This document shows positions 38,500 to 47,010 of a DNA stretch of 64,000 nucleotides, piece after piece (positions within the stretch are counted from its first letter, which is position 1; each line of letters begins with the position of its first letter). Both the position numbers and the translations under genes were made by a program. Under the pieces are notes generated by a model. It was given only the letters and a program-made list of their open reading frames with translations. It was not told where the DNA came from and made no database searches. This stretch comes from a virus (lineage: Duplodnaviria > Caudoviricetes): positions 100,522 through 164,521 of IMG/VR virus record IMGVR_UViG_2639762716_000004. One strand, 5' to 3'.

Positions 38500-38952
38500 A
38501 TGTTACTACATAATACAGAAGGATATACATTAACAAAAGACATTCAAATCAAAGAAAACGGTCATACATACATTAAACGAGAAGTATTAAACCGTGCTCT
38601 CAACATAGGTGAAGCAGCCTTTGTTGGTAATAGCAGGAACAAGATTAAGAGATTAAGTGAAAAAGAATATATGTTTATTAGAAAAGAACCTGTTACCAGT
38701 GAAAACACTGTTGTTTCAAAAAGGTTATTAAACAAATTAAAAGGATTGATCGAAGATGAATTTGGAGATGATATTTGTCTTTCTTCAGAAGAGAAAGTGA
38801 AACACGTTAAATTGATCATCAAGAGGAATCCTTGGATTGAAGATATGTCATTTATTTCTTGTCCATCCGATATGAGTAATGAAGATCTTCACTATTTGCT
38901 TGATCAGATTGCATCATACATAACTGAAATTGAATTATTTAAAACAAATTAA
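38500..38952 (+). CDS. Hypothetical protein upstream of yonO
   Basis: 150 aa, RBS GGAGGAG. Confidence 0.7.
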   Translation: MLLHNTEGYTLTKDIQIKENGHTYIKREVLNRALNIGEAAFVGNSRNKIKRLSEKEYMFIRKEPVTSENTVVSKRLLNKLKGLIEDEFGDDICLSSEEKVKHVKLIIKRNPWIEDMSFISCPSDMSNEDLHYLLDQIASYITEIELFKTN

Positions 38953-38982
38953 AAATACATAGTGTAAAAGGAGGGGTGCCTA

Positions 38983-41757
38983 TTGGACAATCAACAATTT
39001 TATACATATAAATTTAATTCTTCCCGCCTAAAAGAATTTGGATACAACATTACTCTTTCTTTTCAAGAAGCACAGGAATACAACGAGGTAATTGCCTTAT
39101 TTGATAATCAAATTTTAAGATCAATAAGAGACATTAAGAACGAAATCATCGATTATGCTTACCTTGAGACTCTTAACAAAGAGAAAGAGCATTTACAAAA
39201 ACAAAAGCATTCTCAAGAAATCTCTAAAAGATTAAAAGAAATTCAATCAGAAATCAATGAGATGCTTTTCGTACCAGAATACATAACGATCAAAATGGAT
39301 CACAACAGCCATTATAGAGACTTACATAAAAATGGATTGATCTTAAATAACAAACGGTTTGTCCGCTTCTCTTCTTCTGCAGGTCAAGCAAGAGTGTCCA
39401 CTGTCGTATTTATCGAAGAAGAGACCTCCAAAAGACTTAATGAAATCCTGGATAACGGAAGAGATTTAAATAAAGCTCTAGTCCCTTCTAAGTTTAATGC
39501 TTATAAGGGATTGGCTGGCAGCGCCACTCAAGTAGTTAGCGCTCCCCGGTTTTGTTTAGTCCCTGATTATTATAGCGACACTAAAGTAAAAGTAAACTTT
39601 GTGACAGAAACAGATTATGAAGATGATGACATTATCGAAGTTAAAGATATTGTTGAATCATTTAACCGTTTTGATGGCCAAGGCTTGATTAGCTATGAGA
39701 TGGCGAAAAAATGGGCAGATGAATTAGGCTTAGATTATGTACCTGCACAATGGTGTATCAGACAGAACTTCATCAAAGGAATGCTTAACACCTTCCCCAT
39801 TCATGAGTTTTGTGAAAAAGTCAATAACGGCAATTACAGAATAAGAACTTCATATAAGGACGGGAATGGGAAACCAAAAATTGTTGACTTAAGAGACATC
39901 GATGTAATCCTTACCGAAAGCCAATTTAAACTTTGGGACAGCTTCCCTTCTATTGAAGTTTACGAACATAATTGCGAAAAGAACAATTTGAAATGGGGAG
40001 TATCACTGCATAGTCCTAAAAAAGATAAAGACATTTTGAAAATGAACTATCAATTTTTGCAGACACTGAACCTTAACAACGAGGACATTGAAATGATATG
40101 TGAGAAGTTTGTAAATTGGATTACTGGTGTTAATTCAGGGAACATATATTACACCATTCTGTTCTTGCTTGGAACTGACGTTACAGACGAAAAAATCATG
40201 AATTACTTAGAGAAATCTGAAAATCATTGGGTTAAGTCCTTAATCGTGAACCCCAATTTAATCAATGACAAATACATAAAAAAGAAAATATATGACCTTA
40301 TGAAAAAGAAAATCCAACGTGGCTGCTTAGGGGATATTATCTTAGACGGGAACTTTCAAACACTTGTCAGCGACCCCTATGCAATGATGCAGCACGTTTG
40401 TGGCTTAGAGGTAACAGGGCTTTTAGGTAAGCGTGAATACTACTCAAATTATTGGAATCAAAAAGGGGTCAAATATGTTGACAGTATGCGCGCTCCCCTC
40501 ACCTATCGCAGCGAACATTTGATTTTGAATCTTAAGCGAAATGAGGATTTGGATTATTGGTACAGATACAATTACACAGGCATCATTGTGAATGTGCATG
40601 GATCTGAAACAATGAATTGGGCTGGTAGTGATTTTGACTATGACATTATTGCAACCACGTCCAATGAAACAGTATTAAGAGGGGTTTATAAAGATGAGCT
40701 GCCAGTTGCATACACCCCTCCCACTTCGACTAAAAAGGTTTTAACAGAGGAAGATTTGTTTAATGCAGACCTGTTTTCGTTTGGGTCAATCATTGGCTCG
40801 ATAACAAATAAAAGCACGAGTGGATATGCCCTTCTTTCGCAATTAGACGTTGATTCTGATGAATATTTGACTACATTGAACCGTGTAAAGATGTGTACGA
40901 AATTGCAAAGTGCTCAAATTGACAAAGCAAAAATTGGGAGAGAAGTTAAAGGGATTCCTTCCCGTTGGATCAATTATCAAAAGATCAAAAAAGATGATCC
41001 GGAGAAAATAAAACTGGAAAAGGAATTTCACAATAAAATCTTATTGGATAAGCATCCCTACTTCTTTATTTATTTGTATAAAGGCACAAAGAATAAGTAT
41101 AAAAAACATGTCAAAACCTACGATATCACTTGCAAGCAGAAGTTTGGAATTAGCCTTGAGGAGCTAAGGAAAGTAAAACGAAAGACAAAGGAGCAACATG
41201 AATTCCTTAAGCTATTTGAAAGGTTTAACCCTGTGATTGAGAGCGACTGTGTAATGAATAGGCTATGTAAATACATTGAATCTGTTGATTTCGGTATAAG
41301 AAGCATTGTAAACAAGGATGTTGACTATGAGATTTACAAGCTTTACATGGACGACACTATTGATTTTGATGAATCGCGTTACAAAAAAATAATGAAAGCA
41401 TACCAAAAACATAAGAAGAGCATTAATCAATCCTTTTCATTTGGAACAAGTAATGAATCTGATAAGAATCTCTATGATGCTGAGCTCTGTAACAATTTCT
41501 CAAACTCCCTAGAATTATTCAAGCAAAAAATCAATGATATCTGCTCCAATGTTTATGAAGCAGTTAATTACCTTATTCGCTTATTCTATGTTGATGAGAA
41601 GAGCTCCAATAAAGAGATTCTATGGCATTTATACGGCCAATACATATTTGAAAACGTAAAAAGAAAGCAAGACAGTTTCCACATCCCTGTTTTGGATCAA
41701 GACGGAGATATTAATTACCTTAATAAACACTATTCATTAAGAAAGGTGTGTCTATGA
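38983..41757 (+). CDS. yonO: Single-subunit DNA-dependent RNA polymerase, YonO family
   Basis: FDGQG, IKGML, MRAP, catalytic GSDFDYD and IDKAK; located before HU and the late operon. Confidence 0.85.
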   Translation: MDNQQFYTYKFNSSRLKEFGYNITLSFQEAQEYNEVIALFDNQILRSIRDIKNEIIDYAYLETLNKEKEHLQKQKHSQEISKRLKEIQSEINEMLFVPEYITIKMDHNSHYRDLHKNGLILNNKRFVRFSSSAGQARVSTVVFIEEETSKRLNEILDNGRDLNKALVPSKFNAYKGLAGSATQVVSAPRFCLVPDYYSDTKVKVNFVTETDYEDDDIIEVKDIVESFNRFDGQGLISYEMAKKWADELGLDYVPAQWCIRQNFIKGMLNTFPIHEFCEKVNNGNYRIRTSYKDGNGKPKIVDLRDIDVILTESQFKLWDSFPSIEVYEHNCEKNNLKWGVSLHSPKKDKDILKMNYQFLQTLNLNNEDIEMICEKFVNWITGVNSGNIYYTILFLLGTDVTDEKIMNYLEKSENHWVKSLIVNPNLINDKYIKKKIYDLMKKKIQRGCLGDIILDGNFQTLVSDPYAMMQHVCGLEVTGLLGKREYYSNYWNQKGVKYVDSMRAPLTYRSEHLILNLKRNEDLDYWYRYNYTGIIVNVHGSETMNWAGSDFDYDIIATTSNETVLRGVYKDELPVAYTPPTSTKKVLTEEDLFNADLFSFGSIIGSITNKSTSGYALLSQLDVDSDEYLTTLNRVKMCTKLQSAQIDKAKIGREVKGIPSRWINYQKIKKDDPEKIKLEKEFHNKILLDKHPYFFIYLYKGTKNKYKKHVKTYDITCKQKFGISLEELRKVKRKTKEQHEFLKLFERFNPVIESDCVMNRLCKYIESVDFGIRSIVNKDVDYEIYKLYMDDTIDFDESRYKKIMKAYQKHKKSINQSFSFGTSNESDKNLYDAELCNNFSNSLELFKQKINDICSNVYEAVNYLIRLFYVDEKSSNKEILWHLYGQYIFENVKRKQDSFHIPVLDQDGDINYLNKHYSLRKVCL

Positions 41758-42554
41758 TAGACAAATTTAAGTTTAAAGAGAAAGAATATGCAGAAGCAAT
41801 TATTGAAAATGGATTTATTTCAAAAAACCTGAATTATGAATTGAAGCTATTGGCCAAGTATTATAAAGAATTAGGATATAAACCTAAAAAACGAGAAGAA
41901 CTCCTTTATGATTTCTGTGAAAAAAACATAGAGAATTTTAGCCGGGTGCTATATTACAAAAAAATTAATACAGTACTCAATCATGCAAGAAAAAAAGAAA
42001 ATATTTTAATCAATATAGATGAAATTGATATAACCGAGAATGAACTTCGATTTATTGATTCTTTAGATATCAACCATCAACAAAAAAAGCTCTGCTTTAC
42101 CCTTCTCGTCTTAGCAAAATTATATTCGACAGTTCATCACATCAAATACGGGGAGCATACAACAGAACACTATTTTGGCGGAAACAACAAAAGATACAAA
42201 GAACTTATAGATGCTTCTCATACTTCGCTAACTGCCAACAAGCTGCATCAAAACATTGGAGAGTTGGCCACGAAAGACATTGTTGAGATTCGAAATAAAG
42301 GATTCATTAAATTAAGTTTTATCTATGGTATTGAACCTGGCGGAGAAACGGCTATCAAAATAAGATCGTTTGACAGTATCGGCCTTTATTATGATCTGCA
42401 CACTGATCAAAAGAAAGTTAAACCATGTGTCAATTGTCAAACCCCATTTAGATTTAAAAGTAACAAATCTAAATACTGCCCTTTTTGTGCATCCGTTATA
42501 GCAAAAGAAAAAACAAGGGCAAGAGTAAGAAAATATCGAAATGTAACGCTTTAG
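41748..42554 (+). CDS. Hypothetical protein with C-terminal zinc ribbon, coupled to yonO
   Basis: CVNC...YCPFC; overlaps the yonO stop. Confidence 0.75.
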   Translation: MSMIDKFKFKEKEYAEAIIENGFISKNLNYELKLLAKYYKELGYKPKKREELLYDFCEKNIENFSRVLYYKKINTVLNHARKKENILINIDEIDITENELRFIDSLDINHQQKKLCFTLLVLAKLYSTVHHIKYGEHTTEHYFGGNNKRYKELIDASHTSLTANKLHQNIGELATKDIVEIRNKGFIKLSFIYGIEPGGETAIKIRSFDSIGLYYDLHTDQKKVKPCVNCQTPFRFKSNKSKYCPFCASVIAKEKTRARVRKYRNVTL

Positions 42555-42659
42555 AAAAACGCTAAAACCCTTGATATATAAGCGTTTTTGAACCATACAT
42601 AAATTTTTATTATATGGAAGGATACATAAAATTAAACTTACATTTAGGAGGAAATAAGA

Positions 42660-42935
42660 ATGAATAAAAAAGAACTAATTGGTGCAGTTGCAGAGGCTAC
42701 AGGACTAACAAAGAAAGATGTGGAATTGGTTGTTGACTCAACATTTGATGTAATCACATCTGCTCTAAAAGATGGTGAAAAAGTTAAAGTGCACGGTTTT
42801 GGCAGTTTCGAAGTGCGAGAGCGTGCTGCACGCAAGGGGCGTAACCCTCAATCAGGGGAAGAAATTGAAATCCCAGCAACAAAAGCACCAGCATTTAAAG
42901 CTGCTAAAGCTCTTAAAGATGCTATCAAACAATAA
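42660..42935 (+). CDS. yonN: HU-family DNA-binding protein
   Basis: MNKKELI...[24 protein letters not shown]. Confidence 0.95.
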   Translation: MNKKELIGAVAEATGLTKKDVELVVDSTFDVITSALKDGEKVKVHGFGSFEVRERAARKGRNPQSGEEIEIPATKAPAFKAAKALKDAIKQ

Positions 42936-42954
42936 TTAAAAGGAGTTTGTTCAT

Positions 42955-43101
42955 TTGCGATTTAGTTATGATGAATTGGAAAAGGTGATATGGAAAATTG
43001 CACAGAAGCGCAACATCGCGATCACCAAGGAACAAATTGAACTTTTCTTCGATTCCGAGGAAGAGTATATGAGGAGTATTGGGTTAATCCTTTCAGAATA
43101 A
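42955..43101 (+). CDS. 48-aa hypothetical protein
   Basis: RBS AAAGGAG, TTG start, MRFSYDELEKVIWKIAQKRNI...; not in the ORF track. Confidence 0.55.
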   Translation: MRFSYDELEKVIWKIAQKRNIAITKEQIELFFDSEEEYMRSIGLILSE

Positions 43102-43116
43102 TTACTCCTCTTTCCT

Positions 43117-43850
43117 CCACTTCAATTTGAAGTGGGTCGGATAATAGTCATTTGCGAGGGATCGAGGTTAGCTTGGTCGCCTGTATCTCTAGGAGACAGG
43201 CAAGTGGCTATTATCGGACGAAAACTGTCAATAAGACCTTTGCTACTAACTACTTTGTAGGGTGAACCCATCACAGTCTTATTATGGGCGACAGTTTTGT
43301 CTATAAATTAATTGCGGTGTACAGCTTCGGCTTACACTTTAGGTGAGGCGGATGCGTCTTCCTCCCCTAAAATACTGCCCTTCGACCATTCGAATGAGGC
43401 CACAAAATTTTTCCGGGTTAGCGATTTTTCTATAATCGTAAAATAAGTGAATAGGCTTGAGCGATTGATCACCGCTCCCATTTCACAGAAAAGGATTATT
43501 TTCGGTCTTGCCTTTTCAATACATATGCGGTGGCGGAATAAGGTAGACGCTAGGTGCAAATGAATCTCTTTGAGGAAAAGCCATCCATAACACGCTAAGT
43601 GAATCCATGGAGCATAAAGGGATGGCAGTATCCATGGACACATGCAAGGTGCAAATCCTTGCCCGCATACACAAAACCACGCTGCCCAGCCTTGAGGCGG
43701 CGGGTGTTAATATCCGATAGCGACGTCGGGTTCATTAATCATTGTCGCATGGCAGCCGCAGAGGCTATACCGCATGGGACGGGACGAGATGAATATCCCA
43801 ACGCAATCAGAACGAGGCTGCTGAGAGTTGTCGGCAGTCTTTTTGTTTTT
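43117..43850 (+). ncRNA. GC-rich array of stem-loops (large ncRNA or ncRNA cluster) ending in a terminator
   Basis: About 10 consecutive hairpins, including a 20-bp stem 43136-43155/43200-43219 and a UUCG loop; terminator GAGGCTGCTGA/TCGGCAGTCTT-TTT. Confidence 0.6.
43524..43670 (+). ncRNA. tRNA-like RNA with an expanded, pseudoknotted anticodon domain
   Basis: Acceptor TATGCGG/CCGCATA, Leu-type D arm GGCGGAATAAGGTAGACGC, T arm GCAAGG-TGCAAAT-CCTTGC, ~90-nt insert. Confidence 0.6.
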
Positions 43851-43879
43851 GCGTTAAATACGGTAAAAGGAGATGCTGC

Positions 43880-44110
43880 ATGAAAAAAAGTTTAACATAT
43901 GAGGAAGTTCGCGACTGGGTTATGTCCAATCCTTTTGGCGATCGAACGATGTCCCCTATCGCAATTAAGTATCGATATATGATTTCGTATATGGACGCTG
44001 CAAAATTCCTAGAACGACTTGAACAAGATGGCATTGTTAGTCAATGGGATGAAGTCGTGGGAAGTCCACGTACCATTTTAAAAACAAGTCAATCCAGCGG
44101 TAATGTGTAA
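43880..44110 (+). CDS. Stand-alone FtsK/SpoIIIE gamma-domain-like protein
   Basis: YEEVRDWV...IKYRYMISYMDAAKFLERLEQDGIVS...PRTIL resembles the gamma consensus IGYNRAARLIDQLEEEGIV...PREVL. Confidence 0.7.
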   Translation: MKKSLTYEEVRDWVMSNPFGDRTMSPIAIKYRYMISYMDAAKFLERLEQDGIVSQWDEVVGSPRTILKTSQSSGNV

Positions 44111-44175
44111 TAGTTGGCAATTTATCAAAATTATATTAAGATCAGTCTATAAACCCATAAAGGAGTCGATAGTAA

Positions 44176-44691
44176 ATGACGAAAATCGCACTATTCGAGG
44201 CTCTTCCTTTAAGGAATACTATTTCTAAACGTATTCAGGAACTCTTGCAAGAACGTGACAGTGTTGCATATGTTGAGTATGATAAAGGTGAAGAATACAT
44301 CAAACCTACAAAAAGTGTAGATCAAATCACATCTGAGCTGGAAGAGGCTAGAAAAGATTATCGAGATCTGGTAGTATTAATGTCCGAAGCCAACCTTAAT
44401 GCTAAAGTTGTATGGGATGAAAAAGAATTGTCTATTACTGAAGCTCTTGAGTTAGCTCAGCAACTTAGAGGTGAAGCTAATAGACTTAAAAGCTACGGCC
44501 GTTCTAAAGAAACTGAACGATTATCATCTTACTCTGATGTTATTAGCTATCGTAAAGCAATGTTTGATCCTGAAAAAATGCAATCTAAAGGATTAAAACT
44601 TGAAAGAATGGCGAATCGCTTATCAAATGCAATTGAAAAAGCAAATCATAACTATGAAATTGAGTTTGAGGCTGCTGATAAGTATCTATAA
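44176..44691 (+). CDS. DIP1984/DUF6847-family coiled-coil protein
   Basis: LFEALPLRNTISKRIQEL...EAN...SITEAL...LSNAIEKAN pattern. Confidence 0.7.
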   Translation: MTKIALFEALPLRNTISKRIQELLQERDSVAYVEYDKGEEYIKPTKSVDQITSELEEARKDYRDLVVLMSEANLNAKVVWDEKELSITEALELAQQLRGEANRLKSYGRSKETERLSSYSDVISYRKAMFDPEKMQSKGLKLERMANRLSNAIEKANHNYEIEFEAADKYL

Positions 44692-44692
44692 A

Positions 44693-44965
44693 TGCTGGGG
44701 TTTTACCTTAGCTATGAGGGTGAAACTGATTTTCACCTTGATAGCTGATGTAAAATCATCAGCACGGAGCATCAGAGAAGTAGAGAGCCGCCTTGGTTTG
44801 GAGCGTATCCGAACTGTAAGATAAAATTACAACATTTATTTGTAGGGTGGAAAACGGATAACGTTTAACAGCTTACGGTTCACGTGCTTTACGATTAAAC
44901 GGACGTTAGATATTTAGTGTGGTCATATTTTGATGAAAAACTTTAACTCTGTTCTCTGTTGCTTC
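44693..44965 (+). ncRNA. Structured RNA after the DIP1984 gene: long hairpin, then a closed-stem domain with ACG repeats
   Basis: Hairpin 44693-44764; closing stem 44766-44785/44947-44965; ACG at 7-nt spacing. Confidence 0.55.
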
Positions 44966-45335
44966 ATTATTTAGCTCATCTACCATGCGTAGAAGGAGTT
45001 TCTGAAGGCGCTGCTAAAGCGTCTTTTGCTATTTCGGCTTACTTAAATTTTGCCGACTATAAAGGTTTTTGGCTAACCCGTAAGCAGCCATATTCCCTGT
45101 CGATCCGAAGGCTTGCGTTCCTCACGTGAGCTACTTACGTAGGTGAGATGGGGTTTTTATTTTTTGTAAATTCCTTCGGGTGTTTTCCCTCAACACCTAT
45201 CCGATTTATTCATTTCTTATTATTCCCCTTCATCCCCTCTTTTCGGATTGGCCGATGTTATCGGATCATCGGACTTCCGAAGGAATTTATTTCAGTTATA
45301 TATCAATTAAAAGGATAATAAGGAGGAAATTTTAT

Positions 45336-45527
45336 ATGGCAAGCAAAAAAGTTCATCAAGTTAATTTGAAAGGTTTTTTTGATATGGATGTAATGGAAAT
45401 TACCGAACAAACCAAAGAAGCTGAGTATACTTACGATTTTAAAGAAATTCTTTCTGAGTTTAGTGGGAAAAACGTGTCAATCACAATTAAGGAAGAAAAT
45501 GAACTTCCTGTTAAAGAAGATGAGTAG
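45336..45527 (+). CDS. yonK: YonK-family protein, 63 aa
   Basis: RBS AAGGAGG, MASKKVHQVNLKGFFDM. Confidence 0.8.
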   Translation: MASKKVHQVNLKGFFDMDVMEITEQTKEAEYTYDFKEILSEFSGKNVSITIKEENELPVKEDE

Positions 45528-45539
45528 GATGGTGATTGA

Positions 45540-46730
45540 ATGACAGCAGTTTTGAATCCCGCTCTTCAACGTGATAAAGATGAATCGTTTACTGATTACC
45601 ACATTAGATTATTTAAAAATAAAGATACATACAATATTGATACAAAAACTATTGCAGAGCTGCTTAATAAGGAACATGGCTCTCATTATGATGAGAGTAA
45701 GTGGCGTAAAGATTATAAGCAATACGAGCGCTGGTATACTTATATAATGTCTAAAAACATTGACAAAGAAATTCAAGATAAATACGAAGAACTCTATATT
45801 GAATCTGAAAAAGCGAAAGTCAGGAAACGTGATCAAAATAGAGAATTTGCTAAAAAAATTCGTAACCAGGCTCGTTTTGAAAAGATTAAAGATGATGTAG
45901 TTGAAGCTATTTTAAACTTAGAATCAAAGCGACCACTCAATTTCACTTCCCCATCGCCTGTCGCAACTGAAAAGCATGGACTTGCTCTTTTTAGTGACTG
46001 GCATTTTGGAATGGAGATTGATAACCGAATTAACAAATTTAACAAAGAAATTTTCAATGAACGAGTGGAGCATTTAACAAGTAAAGTTATTGAATATGGA
46101 AGGTTGAATCACATTTCTACGCTGCATGTTGCAAACCTCGGTGATTTAATCAGTGGGCTCATTCATGTTTCAACGAGAGTGCAAGCAAATGAAGATGCTG
46201 TTGAACAAATTAAATATGTGTCAGAAACTCTTTCTGAAGTCTTGGCTAAACTTGCTTCTGAATTTCAAAACATTAAATTTTATAACGTTGCAGGAAATCA
46301 TGGCCGCCTCTCCCCTTCTAAAAATGATGTTGGAATCAAGGAGAATTTTGAATACCTTATCAATTGGTATTTAGAAGCCAGATTAAGAGACATTGACAAC
46401 ATCTTTATTGAACCTGAGCAAGATGGTTTTATTCCAGCAAAAATCAATAATAGTGAAGTCGTTTTTGTTCACGGACACTATGATCGAGTTGATCAGTGTG
46501 TTACGCGCTTACCTCAATTATTAGGTTATATTCCTTCATACATATTCGGTGGGCATATTCACCACAATTATGAAAAAGAATACGGCAGCACGACCGTCGT
46601 AGTAAATGGCGCTTTAGTTGGTGCTGACGATTACGCAATGCAAGGTCGTTTTGGTACAAAGCCTTCTCAGAAATTCATGGTTTTTGATGATGAAGGCATT
46701 GAAGCTACATACATAATTCGTTTTACATGA
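45540..46730 (+). CDS. yonJ: Calcineurin-like metallophosphoesterase (YonJ-like)
   Basis: SDWH, LGD, GNHGR, VHGH, GHIH. Confidence 0.85.
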   Translation: MTAVLNPALQRDKDESFTDYHIRLFKNKDTYNIDTKTIAELLNKEHGSHYDESKWRKDYKQYERWYTYIMSKNIDKEIQDKYEELYIESEKAKVRKRDQNREFAKKIRNQARFEKIKDDVVEAILNLESKRPLNFTSPSPVATEKHGLALFSDWHFGMEIDNRINKFNKEIFNERVEHLTSKVIEYGRLNHISTLHVANLGDLISGLIHVSTRVQANEDAVEQIKYVSETLSEVLAKLASEFQNIKFYNVAGNHGRLSPSKNDVGIKENFEYLINWYLEARLRDIDNIFIEPEQDGFIPAKINNSEVVFVHGHYDRVDQCVTRLPQLLGYIPSYIFGGHIHHNYEKEYGSTTVVVNGALVGADDYAMQGRFGTKPSQKFMVFDDEGIEATYIIRFT

Positions 46731-46753
46731 GAAAAACTTTAGGAGGAATTCAA

Positions 46754-46885
46754 ATGAAACTAAGAAGGTTTTTAATTGAAAAGTTGGCTGGAAATCGACC
46801 CGTAGCCCTAAATTTAAAAGTAAATGGAAAATTGGAGGTAGATAAAACAAAAGACGGTTTGTTTAAAAACATTCATTGTATCTGA
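46754..46885 (+). CDS. 43-aa hypothetical protein
   Basis: RBS AGGAGG, MKLRRFLIEKLAGNRPV...; ends at palindromic site 46886. Confidence 0.55.
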   Translation: MKLRRFLIEKLAGNRPVALNLKVNGKLEVDKTKDGLFKNIHCI

Positions 46886-47010
46886 ATAAATCTTTAATTT
46901 TATTTAAAAACACCTTTTTAGAACGCCCAGTGTGATTGAGGTTTCTCCCATCCTCCCTATTGCTGGGCGTTTTATAAAACGTGTTTAACTTAAGTATTGG
47001 AGGTGAATTA

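Noticed and set aside
43524-43670. Canonical tRNA-Leu or intron-containing tRNA
   Set aside because: No 7-nt anticodon loop, a non-canonical T loop, and an insert too short for a group I intron; reported as tRNA-like instead
43332-43883. ORFs 43332-43643 (-) and 43599-43883 (+)
   Set aside because: No RBS, atypical composition, and they overlap structured RNA elements
45180-45335. N-terminal extension of yonK in the ORF track
   Set aside because: A strong RBS places the start at 45336; the extension overlaps a hairpin
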